From assembly GCA_021825655.1 (NCBI GenBank), contig JAKAGU010000005.1, positions 12,400 to 76,399 of the forward strand: a stretch of DNA of 64,000 bases. The letters are read 5' to 3'. Position 1 is the first letter of the stretch. The number at the start of each line of letters is the position of its first letter. This DNA is from a bacterium (GTDB taxonomy: Bacteria; Patescibacteriota; Doudnabacteria; UBA920). The notes below the pieces were generated by a model that was not told the DNA's origin, did not search any database, and saw only the letters and a list, made by a program, of their open reading frames with translations. The translations under genes and the position numbers were made by a program. Shown here one piece after another: positions 36,830-47,361 of the stretch.

Positions 36830-38329
36830 TTATTTTTTTCTGAAAAACCGGGGCAGGGTAAAGTTCATTTCCTTAACCCTCTGTATGAGGCCGCGGTTTT
36901 CCTGGTTTAGGTGGGCGCGGATTTTGCTTTTGGCATTGTTGGTCCTGGCGTATTCCAGCCATTTGGGGGAGACCTTGACCGGGTTTTTACTCTTGATGAT
37001 TTCTATAACGTCTTCTTTGTCCAGTTCGTCGTAGATGCTGGCCATTTTGCCGTTAATGCGCGCACCCATCATGTGCATGGCCAAATCCGAGTGGACGCTG
37101 AAAGCAAAATCAATTACCGTGGCGCCGGAGGGCAGGTCTTTAATGTCGCCTTTGGGCGTGTAGACGAAGATGCGATTTTTGAAAAAGTCGATTTTCAGGT
37201 TTTCCAAAAAATCTTCGGGGTTGGGCGTGTTTTCCTGCCAGGCGCGGAGTTCCTTGAGCCACGGCGCTTGCAGGCTGCGCGTAAAAGCGTGATTTTTGCC
37301 TTCTTCATTGTAAAACCAGTGGGCGGCTACGCCGCGTTCCGCCTCTTCGTGCATGAGGTCGGTGCGGATTTGGATCTCAAAAGTTTTGCCGCCTTTGCCG
37401 ATAACCGTGGTGTGGATGCTCTGGTAGCCGTTGGGCTTGGGGGTGGCGATATAGTCCTTAATCCGGCCGGGCACGGGCTGAAAATGTTTGTGGATGGCGC
37501 CTAAAGCCGCGTAACAGTCGCCTGTAGATTTGGTGATGACCCGCAGCGCAATAATATCGTGAATTTTGGAAATATCCCCGTCGTACTTCTTCAGCTTGTG
37601 GTAAAAGGAATACAGGCGCTTCACCCGGCCGGAGACCTCTATGAATTTAATCCCTTCAATTTTTAGGGTGTGGATCAGGGATTTTTGCATTTCTTTGATG
37701 CTTTCTTCGCGCTCAGCCATTTCCTGGTTAAGCAGTTTTTCGGTTTCCGCGTATTCTTTGGGGTGCACGATTTGGAAAGACAGGTTTTCCAGCTCGTCCT
37801 TCCAGGAGCCGATGCCCAGGCGCGCGGCAATGGGCGCGTACACCTCCAGGGTTTCGGAAGCCACTTTAAGCTGTTTGTCCTTGGGTATGTGGTGGATTGT
37901 CCGCATGTTGTGGATGCGGTCGGCGATTTTAATCAGAATGACGCGCACGTCCTCACTGGTGGCAAAAAACAGTTTGCGCAGGTTCTCCACGTAAAATTTG
38001 TCTTTGCTGTCGCGAAAGCGCACATGTCCCAGTTTGGTCACGCCGTCCACCAGCCGGGCGATGTCTTCCCCGAATTCCGCGCGGATTTTTTCCAAAGGCG
38101 TGCCTGTGTCCTCGTGGACATCGTGCAGCAGGGTGGCGGCCAGGGTGGCGGTGTCGGGGAAAATTTGGCCAAGGATAATAGCCGCGCCCCGCGGATGGAC
38201 AATGTAGTCTTCGCCGTTTTTCCTTTTTTGTCCGGCGTGGGCCTTGGTCGCAAAATCCAGCGCTTTATGCAAAAGCGCTGTTTCGCCGGGCTTGAAGTTG
38301 TGGGGGATGGCTTTGAGAAATTCCGTCAT
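36830..38329 (-). CDS. RelA/SpoT homolog (HD hydrolase + synthetase + TGS; no ACT domain)
   Basis: H.GQKRK.GE.YI.HP, LLHDVHED, RIKD, PKPNGYQSIH, EIQIRT, TGS IFVYTPKG. Confidence 0.95.
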   Translation of the reverse strand: MTEFLKAIPHNFKPGETALLHKALDFATKAHAGQKRKNGEDYIVHPRGAAIILGQIFPDTATLAATLLHDVHEDTGTPLEKIRAEFGEDIARLVDGVTKLGHVRFRDSKDKFYVENLRKLFFATSEDVRVILIKIADRIHNMRTIHHIPKDKQLKVASETLEVYAPIAARLGIGSWKDELENLSFQIVHPKEYAETEKLLNQEMAEREESIKEMQKSLIHTLKIEGIKFIEVSGRVKRLYSFYHKLKKYDGDISKIHDIIALRVITKSTGDCYAALGAIHKHFQPVPGRIKDYIATPKPNGYQSIHTTVIGKGGKTFEIQIRTDLMHEEAERGVAAHWFYNEEGKNHAFTRSLQAPWLKELRAWQENTPNPEDFLENLKIDFFKNRIFVYTPKGDIKDLPSGATVIDFAFSVHSDLAMHMMGARINGKMASIYDELDKEDVIEIIKSKNPVKVSPKWLEYARTNNAKSKIRAHLNQENRGLIQRVKEMNFTLPRFFRKK

Positions 38330-38412
38330 ATCAGGCTAATTATACCATTATTTGTTGGCAGATAGAATATAAATTATACTCAATATATAACATATTTATT
38401 TCCTGTATCGTT

Positions 38413-39339
38413 ATGCCAGAATTACCCGAAGTGGAAACCGTCGCCCGTGAGCTGGGCCGCAAGCTTAAGGGCCGGAAGATTGTTTCCGTGGAAGTGCGCG
38501 CGCCGAAAATTATCAGCATCGGTCCGGCCACGCTGCCGCCCGTCCGCGCCGCCAGCCCCGCTGCGGTCGCGCGTTTTAAAAAAATTGCCGTGGGGCAAAA
38601 GTTTGTTTCCGTCCGCCGCCGCGCCAAATTGCTGATTTTCGATTTATCCGGCCCTTGGACCATGCTGGTGCATTTGAAAATGACCGGCCAGTTCATTTTT
38701 GAGGATGTGCGTTTAAGAAAAATGACCGGGGGAAAATACCGGCTGCTGAACAAAGCGGCGGCGCCCAAGCTGCAGCTGCCGGCCAGGCACACTCATGTGG
38801 TTTTTCGTTTTAGTGACAAGAGCGCCTTGTATTTTAATGACGTGAGGAAATTCGGGTATTTGAAACTGGTCCATGACAATGAACTGGGCCAGGTCCGGGA
38901 ATTTTCGGAATACGGTCCGGAGCCGCTGGATAAAAAGTTTACGCTGCAGGTGTTTGTCGACCGGGTAAGCGCGCGGCCGAAAGCCAAAATCAAACAAGTG
39001 TTAATGGACAACAAGGTGGTGGTGGGGATTGGCAATATTTACAGCGATGAAATACTTTTTCACGCCGGGGTCCGGCCAGCCAGAGAAGTTGCCAAATTAT
39101 CCGCCCAAGAGCTGGCAAAAATTTATAGGCACATCCGGCCCATACTACAGAAAGCCATCCAGGCCAAAGGTTCCAGCGTAGGGGATTTCGTGCGCACAGA
39201 CGGCAGCTGGGGGCGCATGGGCAAGTTCCATTATGTTTATGGCCGGAAAGGGCAAAAGTGTAAAAAGTGCGGCAGTATAATCCAGGCCATAAAGCTGGGC
39301 GGCCGGACCGGCTCGTTTTGCCCCCAATGCCAGGCGTAA
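38413..39339 (+). CDS. mutM: Formamidopyrimidine-DNA glycosylase
   Basis: MPELPEVET, HLKMTG, GIGNIYSDE, C-terminal C4 zinc finger. Confidence 0.97.
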   Translation: MPELPEVETVARELGRKLKGRKIVSVEVRAPKIISIGPATLPPVRAASPAAVARFKKIAVGQKFVSVRRRAKLLIFDLSGPWTMLVHLKMTGQFIFEDVRLRKMTGGKYRLLNKAAAPKLQLPARHTHVVFRFSDKSALYFNDVRKFGYLKLVHDNELGQVREFSEYGPEPLDKKFTLQVFVDRVSARPKAKIKQVLMDNKVVVGIGNIYSDEILFHAGVRPAREVAKLSAQELAKIYRHIRPILQKAIQAKGSSVGDFVRTDGSWGRMGKFHYVYGRKGQKCKKCGSIIQAIKLGGRTGSFCPQCQA

Positions 39340-39379
39340 AACCCGGCCGTGTTACAATTAAACAAGAAAGGAAAGACTT

Positions 39380-39592
39380 ATGGACAACCTAAATCCGCCG
39401 GCTCCCAAGAGCCAAGACCAAATTTTACAGGAGATTCTGGAAAATACGCACAAGACCAAAAGGTACATGCAATGGCAGCTGTATATTACCGTGGCCTTGG
39501 TGGTAATTCCGCTCATTGCCATGATTGCGATTTTGCCCATGGTGTTAAGCAGCCTGGGCAGCGTCTATGGCACGGGCGGACTGCTCCAGTAA
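39380..39592 (+). CDS. Small single-TM hypothetical protein
   Basis: AAAGGA SD, one TM helix, 3 bp before the next gene. Confidence 0.7.
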   Translation: MDNLNPPAPKSQDQILQEILENTHKTKRYMQWQLYITVALVVIPLIAMIAILPMVLSSLGSVYGTGGLLQ

Positions 39593-39595
39593 ATT

Positions 39596-40063
39596 ATGCC
39601 GCATATCAACGAAAAACTAGATTTTACCGCCACGGTTTTCATTGTCCATGACAATAAGGTTTTGCTGCGCATGCACGACAAATACAATGTCTGGCTGGGC
39701 GTGGGCGGGCACATTGAGCCTGGTGAGGACCCAATTGAGGCGCTTTATCGGGAAGTGAAAGAGGAGTGCGGATTGGAATTTGAGCTGGCCGGGAGGCGCC
39801 CGCAGAATTTTTCCGCAGAGTCGGAGGATTTGCCCGTACCCGCTTTTATCAATCGGCACCATACCGGACCCGGCCACGAACATGTTGACATGCTGTATGT
39901 GGCCAGGGCTAAAACCCTTACCATCCAGCCCGGCCCGGAGGAAAAGCAGGTTGAGTTCAGGTGGTTTGCCCGGGAGGAGCTGGAAAATTCGGAGTTAACC
40001 ATAAACGATCACACCCGCTATTATGCGGCGGAAGCGATTAAGCTCGCTTTGGTTAAAGATTAA
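39596..40063 (+). CDS. NUDIX hydrolase
   Basis: GGHIEPGEDPIEALYREVKEECG. Confidence 0.92.
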   Translation: MPHINEKLDFTATVFIVHDNKVLLRMHDKYNVWLGVGGHIEPGEDPIEALYREVKEECGLEFELAGRRPQNFSAESEDLPVPAFINRHHTGPGHEHVDMLYVARAKTLTIQPGPEEKQVEFRWFAREELENSELTINDHTRYYAAEAIKLALVKD

Positions 40064-40075
40064 ATAACAAAATTT

Positions 40076-40420
40076 ATGACTGACGAAAAATGGGAACAGC
40101 TGGTGCAGGCCGCAAAAAACCATTTTGAGGATGTGTCCATAAAGTCGGAAGCGCTGCTTAGGGATACGCCCGAGGGACAGCAAACGGAAGGCACCCAGGA
40201 TGTGTTGGAATTCGAAAAGCAGGGCGGGCGTTTCCGGCTGGTGCGCGAAAACCGGCCCGCGGTATTGGAAAAAAAACAGTACTTTTCCCACCGCATGGGC
40301 GATACCGCCCGCACGGAATATAAATTGTCGGACACGGAATTTTCCCACAAGCTGAAAGTCTACAAAGAGGTGGGGTACGATGACTGGGAAGAAGTGACTT
40401 TGGATAAGTTAGGCTTGTAA
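40076..40420 (+). CDS. Hypothetical protein
   Basis: 114-aa ORF tightly packed in the operon. Confidence 0.7.
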   Translation: MTDEKWEQLVQAAKNHFEDVSIKSEALLRDTPEGQQTEGTQDVLEFEKQGGRFRLVRENRPAVLEKKQYFSHRMGDTARTEYKLSDTEFSHKLKVYKEVGYDDWEEVTLDKLGL

Positions 40421-40427
40421 AAGCAAA

Positions 40428-41345
40428 ATGCTTTCAGACCGGATTTTGGAAACTTTGCGGTTTTTTGACCTGCAGGATTACCCCCTGACGCTTTTGGAAA
40501 TTTGCACCTATTTGTTGCCGGAGAAAGAAAACCTGGCCGGATTATTAGATGCGCAGCACGAATTCCGCGGTGCGGCGCCTGTTGCTGGGGCCGCGTCGGT
40601 GCCGGCGCTGGCTATTGCGGAGTGTTTGAGCGGCGAACTGGCCGAGAGAACGGAGTGTCACCGCGGGTTTTATTGTTTAAAGGGACGCGGAGGGATTATC
40701 CGGCAGCGCTTGCTTAATTATTTGCACGGCATGTTTCGGGAAAAGCGCGTTGCCCGGTTTGCCCGCGGCCTGAAATGGATACCCTTTGTCCGGGGCGTGG
40801 GCCTGGCCGGTAGCCAGGTTTTGGGCCAGCAGAAAGACACTTCCGATATTGATTTGTTTATTATCACTGATGAAAACCGCATGTGGCTGGCCCGTACCTT
40901 GGTTACTGCCTATTTCCAGATATTGGGGCTCAGGCGCCACGGGACAAAGGTAAAAAACCGTTTTTGCCTTAACCACTATGTCGCGGGGGATAAGGAGCTC
41001 ACCAAACTGCGCAATTTGTACACGGCGCTGGAATACGCCAAGCTGCGCCCCTTGGCGGGCGCCCGGGCCGTGGCCGCATTCCAGAAAAAAAATCAGGCCT
41101 GGATTTCAGGTTTTTACCCCAATTGGCAGGCGCCAACGGCCCAGGCGCCTGCTGCTTCGCCAGTCCAGGTGTTTTTGGAAAAACTTTTTCAGGGCAAATT
41201 CGGCGCGTGGCTGGAAGCCCGGCTCAAAGCCTGGCAGCTGCCGAAAATCCGCACGGAAAAATACATCCTCGTGGCTGACGACGAGCTGTCGTTTCATCCT
41301 GACAGCAAGCAGGAGTTTTTACTTAAGCGGTTTTTCGAAAATTAG
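40428..41345 (+). CDS. Pol-beta superfamily nucleotidyltransferase-like protein
   Basis: GLAGS....SDIDLFII motif. Confidence 0.75.
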   Translation: MLSDRILETLRFFDLQDYPLTLLEICTYLLPEKENLAGLLDAQHEFRGAAPVAGAASVPALAIAECLSGELAERTECHRGFYCLKGRGGIIRQRLLNYLHGMFREKRVARFARGLKWIPFVRGVGLAGSQVLGQQKDTSDIDLFIITDENRMWLARTLVTAYFQILGLRRHGTKVKNRFCLNHYVAGDKELTKLRNLYTALEYAKLRPLAGARAVAAFQKKNQAWISGFYPNWQAPTAQAPAASPVQVFLEKLFQGKFGAWLEARLKAWQLPKIRTEKYILVADDELSFHPDSKQEFLLKRFFEN

Positions 41346-42065
41346 GGCCAAAAGCAAGGGGTAGCGGAAAAGCTGGTAGGCAAGGTCAAAGTCCGGGCTG
41401 TCGGTCCCGGATTTTATTTCGATCAGGCTTTTTTGCTCCAGACCTGCGCCGTTTGCGGCCCGGGCGTAGTCCGCGAGCGTGTAATAGAAAGAGGGGATTT
41501 TAATCCGGCCAAACTCGCGCTGGATTTTTTGTCCCGAAGGCCAGACCTGGGGGCTAATCTTCAGCTTTGGCTTTTGCCGCAAAAGCCAGCCTAATACACC
41601 CCGCTTCCAGACGGCTTTTGGGAAAGTCAGGTCCGGATTGGGTACGGTAATAATCAGCCGGCCTAAAGGTTTAAGCGTTCGGGCCACGTTTTGGAAAGCC
41701 GAGTTTAGATTTTCAATATCCGGAGCGGCCATGTTCAAAACAACGCAATCAAAGCTGTCCGTTGCAAACGGCAGGGGCTGCATAACATCCGCAATTTCCA
41801 GGCGCGCATTTGGCGCGATTTTTTTGGCCAGAGCCAGCAGGGCGGGGGAGGCGTCAAAGCCGGCCAGTTTTTGGTAATCCGGACGCAGCAGGGCCAAAAG
41901 CCAGCCCGAACCGCACGCCGCGTCTAAAACCGCAGCCTGGGGGTTTGGGGGCAGGAGGGGCCTTAGGGTTTGATACAGGAATTTTTGCTGCAGCCGGCCG
42001 TTGTGCGAGGCCAGAAAACGGAGGTAGTTGCGGACAAATTTTTCCTCTTGATATCCCGGGTTCAT
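41319..42065 (-). CDS. Class I SAM-dependent methyltransferase
   Basis: VLDAACGSG, GFDAS, SFDCVV, LKPLGRL. Confidence 0.9.
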   Translation of the reverse strand: MNPGYQEEKFVRNYLRFLASHNGRLQQKFLYQTLRPLLPPNPQAAVLDAACGSGWLLALLRPDYQKLAGFDASPALLALAKKIAPNARLEIADVMQPLPFATDSFDCVVLNMAAPDIENLNSAFQNVARTLKPLGRLIITVPNPDLTFPKAVWKRGVLGWLLRQKPKLKISPQVWPSGQKIQREFGRIKIPSFYYTLADYARAANGAGLEQKSLIEIKSGTDSPDFDLAYQLFRYPLLLALIFEKPLK

Positions 42066-42101
42066 GGTGGTATTATACCACCCAGGCGTAAAAACCGGGT
42101 A

Positions 42102-42128
42102 TTATCACTCAGCTTGACAGAGTGATAA
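42102..42128 (+). promoter_or_regulatory. CIRCE-like operator overlapping the groES -35
   Basis: TTATCACTC-N9-GAGTGATAA versus canonical TTAGCACTC-N9-GAGTGCTAA; TTGACA 42114-42119, TATAAT 42136-42141. Confidence 0.85.
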
Positions 42129-42199
42129 AATCGGTTATAATTAAACGGTAGTAATTAATTTTGCCTCCAAAAAGCAGGGGCAAGCGAAAGAGAAACCAT

Positions 42200-42505
42200 A
42201 TGAAAATCAAACCTCTCGGCGACCGGATTTTGGTGAAGCAGTTGTCCAGCGAAGAAGTGACCAAAAGCGGCATTGTGCTGCCCGAAACCGCAGACAAGGA
42301 AAAAAAGGCCCAGGGCACGATTGTAGCCTTAGGCAATGGCGAAGAGCTAAAAACTTTGGGGCTCAAAGTGGGTGACGTGGTGGTTTTTGGCAAGTACGCG
42401 GGCGATGAAGTGGAGATGGAAGAAGACGGCAAAAAACATGAATACAAAGTTTTATATGTCGGCAAGGTTAAAGACGAGTCCGATATTTTGGCAATTGTTG
42501 AATAA
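42200..42505 (+). CDS. groES: Co-chaperonin GroES
   Basis: MKIKPLGDRILV, TKSGIVLP, KVGD.V.FGKYAG; start ATG 42200. Confidence 0.97.
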   Translation: MKIKPLGDRILVKQLSSEEVTKSGIVLPETADKEKKAQGTIVALGNGEELKTLGLKVGDVVVFGKYAGDEVEMEEDGKKHEYKVLYVGKVKDESDILAIVE

Positions 42506-42520
42506 GTAACCAAATAATAA

Positions 42521-44197
<1,677 letters not shown>

Positions 44198-44292
44198 AAA
44201 GTCTGAAATAGGAAATTTTAGACCCCTGCAAAAGCAGGGGTCTTATTTTTTGGCTTATTTAAGACCAAAGTCTTCAAATATAAGCAAAAGCC

Positions 44293-44321
44293 TTGACAAA
44301 CTGTCAATTTTAGTGTACAAT
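44293..44321 (+). promoter_or_regulatory. Sigma70 promoter
   Basis: TTGACA (44293-44298), 17-bp spacer, TACAAT (44316-44321). Confidence 0.75.
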
Positions 44322-44327
44322 TGCCAG

Positions 44328-44604
44328 TTACGATCTAAAAGTCGTACTTAACAATTTCATATAGATATCTGTCTGTTTTTAACAGGAGAGCACACGGATA
44401 TCGCCCTCACGCCAATCTTCACCAGGCATGATTTAGAGACGAGCGAATTTTTACATAGAGTCATCTGCTATACAGACTTGTTGAGGATTGGTGTGGGGGA
44501 CTTACATGCTCCTGATTTCGCTAATACCGGATTGGGGGCGCGATAAAGCCGTGGCACAAGAACGATTTTACTTTGGTTCTCCTGTCCACGGTTTTTTGTT
44601 TTTT
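44328..44604 (+). ncRNA. Candidate structured small RNA or leader
   Basis: Consecutive hairpins including an 18-bp stem 44404-44421/44482-44499, ending in a terminator-like hairpin with T-run. Confidence 0.45.
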
Positions 44605-44849
44605 CAAACCGGGGGAATATCGTGTTTTATTCCAAGTTTGGTTATAATTCCTTTTGGCAGCGTGGGCCTTTGGAGGGCAAATAATATTTGGCATCTGCTA
44701 CGATGCTTAGGCCTGTTTCTCAAAGACCCACATTGGCGGAAGGAATTTTTTTGTCCGGAACGCTGTTGCGCTTTTTAAGAGCCCAGCAGCCTTCCGGGCA
44801 GACTGCCGCACTTGTGCGGCAAATCCATTCTGTCTTTGAAGGAGGGGGT

Positions 44850-45170
44850 ATGAGAAAGTCCAAAACGATGTTGGTGTGCCAGTTGGCTTTCGCGCTCCTG
44901 ATTTTAGGGACTGCCGGCAAGATGCTCTGGCAGTTCAAACAGTACACAGTCGTGATGATGGTCGGCGGGCCGGAGAAGTTTAACCGGCTTCAGGCCGATG
45001 CCAATCGCCATGCACAGCAGTTCATCATTGAGCACGGCGGCAGCGCCTTGCTCGAATGGAATGGGCTCGGTAACAACGAACCCACCGTGTACGTGCTTTT
45101 GCACTTGCACGAAGGTTACACCGTCCATCCGGACGGCCGGGTGGAAAAGAACGGAGAGGAGAAACCCTAG
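44850..45170 (+). CDS. Small single-TM hypothetical protein
   Basis: AAGGAGGGG SD before ATG 44850; N-terminal hydrophobic helix. Confidence 0.65.
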   Translation: MRKSKTMLVCQLAFALLILGTAGKMLWQFKQYTVVMMVGGPEKFNRLQADANRHAQQFIIEHGGSALLEWNGLGNNEPTVYVLLHLHEGYTVHPDGRVEKNGEEKP

Positions 45171-45344
45171 ATGGAGGAAATCGTGAGTGACCTGTTCAAG
45201 GAGTTGGCAGCGTGCTGCCAGTTCAAGTGGCGGGGAATGAACCCCGAGTACAAGTTGGTCTGGAAGATCGTCGGCGCGGCATTCGCGCTGCTGGTCTTTG
45301 CGGCCGCTGTTTCGGGCCTGGCCCTGCTCGTGGGGCCGAGGTAG
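45171..45344 (+). CDS. 57-aa single-TM microprotein (not in ORF track)
   Basis: GAGGAG SD; ATG immediately after the upstream TAG; MEEIVSDLF...IVGAAFALLVFAAAVSGLALLVGPR. Confidence 0.6.
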   Translation: MEEIVSDLFKELAACCQFKWRGMNPEYKLVWKIVGAAFALLVFAAAVSGLALLVGPR

Positions 45345-45453
45345 CCAACAACATGGACAAACAGAGGGGGCGGGGTAGCTAACCAGCTTATTTCCGCCCA
45401 TCTCCAAACTTGCCAAGTATTCTTGGGAATAGTTGCCAGGTTTGGGGAGAAAT

Positions 45454-45717
45454 ATGTTTAACAAAATGATGATGGCGACTCTCGTCGTCTTGGTGCTTGG
45501 CGGTTTTGCCGTCGAAATCTGCTGGGCCAAGAATTTGGTCAAACAGACACTGAGAGACGAAGAGCTGATGCAGGCGTTCCGAGCGTTCGGGCGCTTTCTG
45601 ATGACCCCATTCCGGTCCCTGGGTACGGCCCTGGACCAACAGTTCAACACGCTAGTCGACACGGCGCAAACCGTGCTCTGGCCGAAAAAACGAGAGGAGG
45701 GGAAAGAAAAGTGGTAA
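45454..45717 (+). CDS. Small single-TM hypothetical protein
   Basis: GGGGAGA SD; MFNKMMMATLVVLVLGGFAV. Confidence 0.6.
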   Translation: MFNKMMMATLVVLVLGGFAVEICWAKNLVKQTLRDEELMQAFRAFGRFLMTPFRSLGTALDQQFNTLVDTAQTVLWPKKREEGKEKW

Positions 45718-45857
45718 AGGAAAAGCTCCTTTGGCCATTTATGATGGCGGCAGGGTTTGTTCTCCTTGCCATCATCCTTGCGTCGCTTTGGCGCAAGAAT
45801 CTGGAAGACCGGCTCAATGACCCAACCCGCCCGCCTGGGCAGTGGTTGTACCGCTGA
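45711..45857 (+). CDS. 48-aa single-TM microprotein (not in ORF track)
   Basis: GAGGAGGGG SD; GTG overlaps the upstream stop; LLWPFMMAAGFVLLAIILASLW. Confidence 0.55.
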   Translation: MVKEKLLWPFMMAAGFVLLAIILASLWRKNLEDRLNDPTRPPGQWLYR

Positions 45858-45867
45858 GGGAGCAGGC

Positions 45868-46014
45868 ATGGATAAGCTGCTCATTGCAAACGCCGTATTT
45901 TTCTCGGCGCTCGGCCTGTTTTTCCTTCATGACTTGCTGTTCGGCAAACCCATCGACCGGTCTGACCGGTCCGACAAGTCCAACCGACAGCATCGGCGCG
46001 GGCGCGGTGGATAG
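45868..46014 (+). CDS. 48-aa single-TM microprotein
   Basis: GAGGGAG SD; MDKLLIANAVFFSALGLFFL followed by DRS repeats and a basic tail. Confidence 0.55.
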   Translation: MDKLLIANAVFFSALGLFFLHDLLFGKPIDRSDRSDKSNRQHRRGRGG

Positions 46015-46246
46015 ACAACAGTCTTTCCAAAGCGCCCCCAACCCCCTTTAAGCCTGTTTCTTATCCGTTGGCGATTCGCTAACTTTCGCAAATATCCCAA
46101 AAGGATAAATGCCAAGGCCAGCGTCCTGTTATCGCCAGCGGGTAAGAGCCAGTCTTACCGCTTTACAAGTTTTTTAATCGGGCATAATATGCAGTCAAGT
46201 TTGGTACCCACCAAACTATTCCATGTCCTAGGAGGACAATTAACAC

Positions 46247-46486
46247 ATGAAGAACCAGGAGCTTTGGGCTCAGGGTATACAAGACGGGTTCAACAACCTC
46301 GTGGATCACGAGAACCAGAACCCGCTGTATTGGCGGGGAGTAACAGAAGGTGATCGTCGCTATCACCAGTGGCTGGCGGAAGGACGCTTCACCGAGCAGG
46401 AGACGTTCGTCGACGCACTCCAGCACGTCCAGGAGGACTACCACAATCCGGTCGGGATGCCGCTGCTGAGCGCGTTCGCAATTTAA
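46247..46486 (+). CDS. Hypothetical protein
   Basis: AGGAGG SD; 79-aa acidic/aromatic ORF; downstream hairpin. Confidence 0.65.
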   Translation: MKNQELWAQGIQDGFNNLVDHENQNPLYWRGVTEGDRRYHQWLAEGRFTEQETFVDALQHVQEDYHNPVGMPLLSAFAI

Positions 46487-46670
46487 ACCGCCCGCAGAGG
46501 CGGCGAACACACCAGACGGTATTATAAAATCCTCCCCCATTGCCCAAAGCCGAGAAGCTGTAAGCCTACAAAGGCAGGAGCGCCCGCTTCCTGCCTTTTC
46601 TTTTGACAAAATTTGTCATTTTTAGTATACTTTAGCTACTTTTATTATCTTTAAAAGGAAATTTACTTTC

Positions 46671-46841
46671 ATGGGCGTTCCCAAAAAGCACAAGACCCGT
46701 AGCGGCCGCAACCAGAGGCGCAGCCATTTGTCCCTTAAGCCGAAGAGCTTTGCCACCTGCAAAAACTGCGGCGAACCGGTTATGCCTCACTATCCGTGCA
46801 AAAACTGCGGCTATTACAAAGGCAGAAAAGTAACCAAGTAA
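46671..46841 (+). CDS. rpmF: 50S ribosomal protein L32 (zinc-binding type; not in ORF track)
   Basis: MGVPKKHKTRSGRNQRRSH...CKNCGEPVMPHYPCKNCGYYKGRKV. Confidence 0.96.
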   Translation: MGVPKKHKTRSGRNQRRSHLSLKPKSFATCKNCGEPVMPHYPCKNCGYYKGRKVTK

Positions 46842-46879
46842 GCTTGGTTATTTTTTTATCGTTAAGCTGAACAAATTTT

Positions 46880-47320
46880 ATGGCATCAAGGCATCTTGCC
46901 CGCACCGTGGCCATGCAATCCCTGTTTGAGTGGGATTTTAACGGTCGCAAGGAAGAACTTAAAAAAATTATTGCCACCAACCTGGGCGAGTTCGCTTCGG
47001 ATATTAAGGAGCCGGAGTTCGTGTACGGTTTGGCCGAAGGCGTGGCGGAAAATCTGCCCGCCATTGACCTGGTGATTGCCAAAACCGCACCCGACTGGCC
47101 GGTAGACCAGATACCCGACGTGGACCGCAGCGTTTTGCGTCTAGGGATTTACGAACTGCAGTTTCAAAAACAGGCTCCGCCCAAAGTGGTTATCAACGAA
47201 GCGGTGGAGCTGGCCAAAACCTTCGGGGGCGAGCAGAGCGGCAAGTTTGTGAACGGCGTGCTTGGCACGCTTTACAAGCAGATGCAGGCCGCCGGCGAAA
47301 TTACCGAAGAAAAAAAATAA
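46880..47320 (+). CDS. nusB: Transcription antitermination factor NusB
   Basis: [33 protein letters not shown]...SGKFVNGVL. Confidence 0.96.
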   Translation: MASRHLARTVAMQSLFEWDFNGRKEELKKIIATNLGEFASDIKEPEFVYGLAEGVAENLPAIDLVIAKTAPDWPVDQIPDVDRSVLRLGIYELQFQKQAPPKVVINEAVELAKTFGGEQSGKFVNGVLGTLYKQMQAAGEITEEKK

Positions 47321-47361
47321 TTTTTTAACACTCCTTAAGAGGAGTGTTTTTTTAAAATTTT

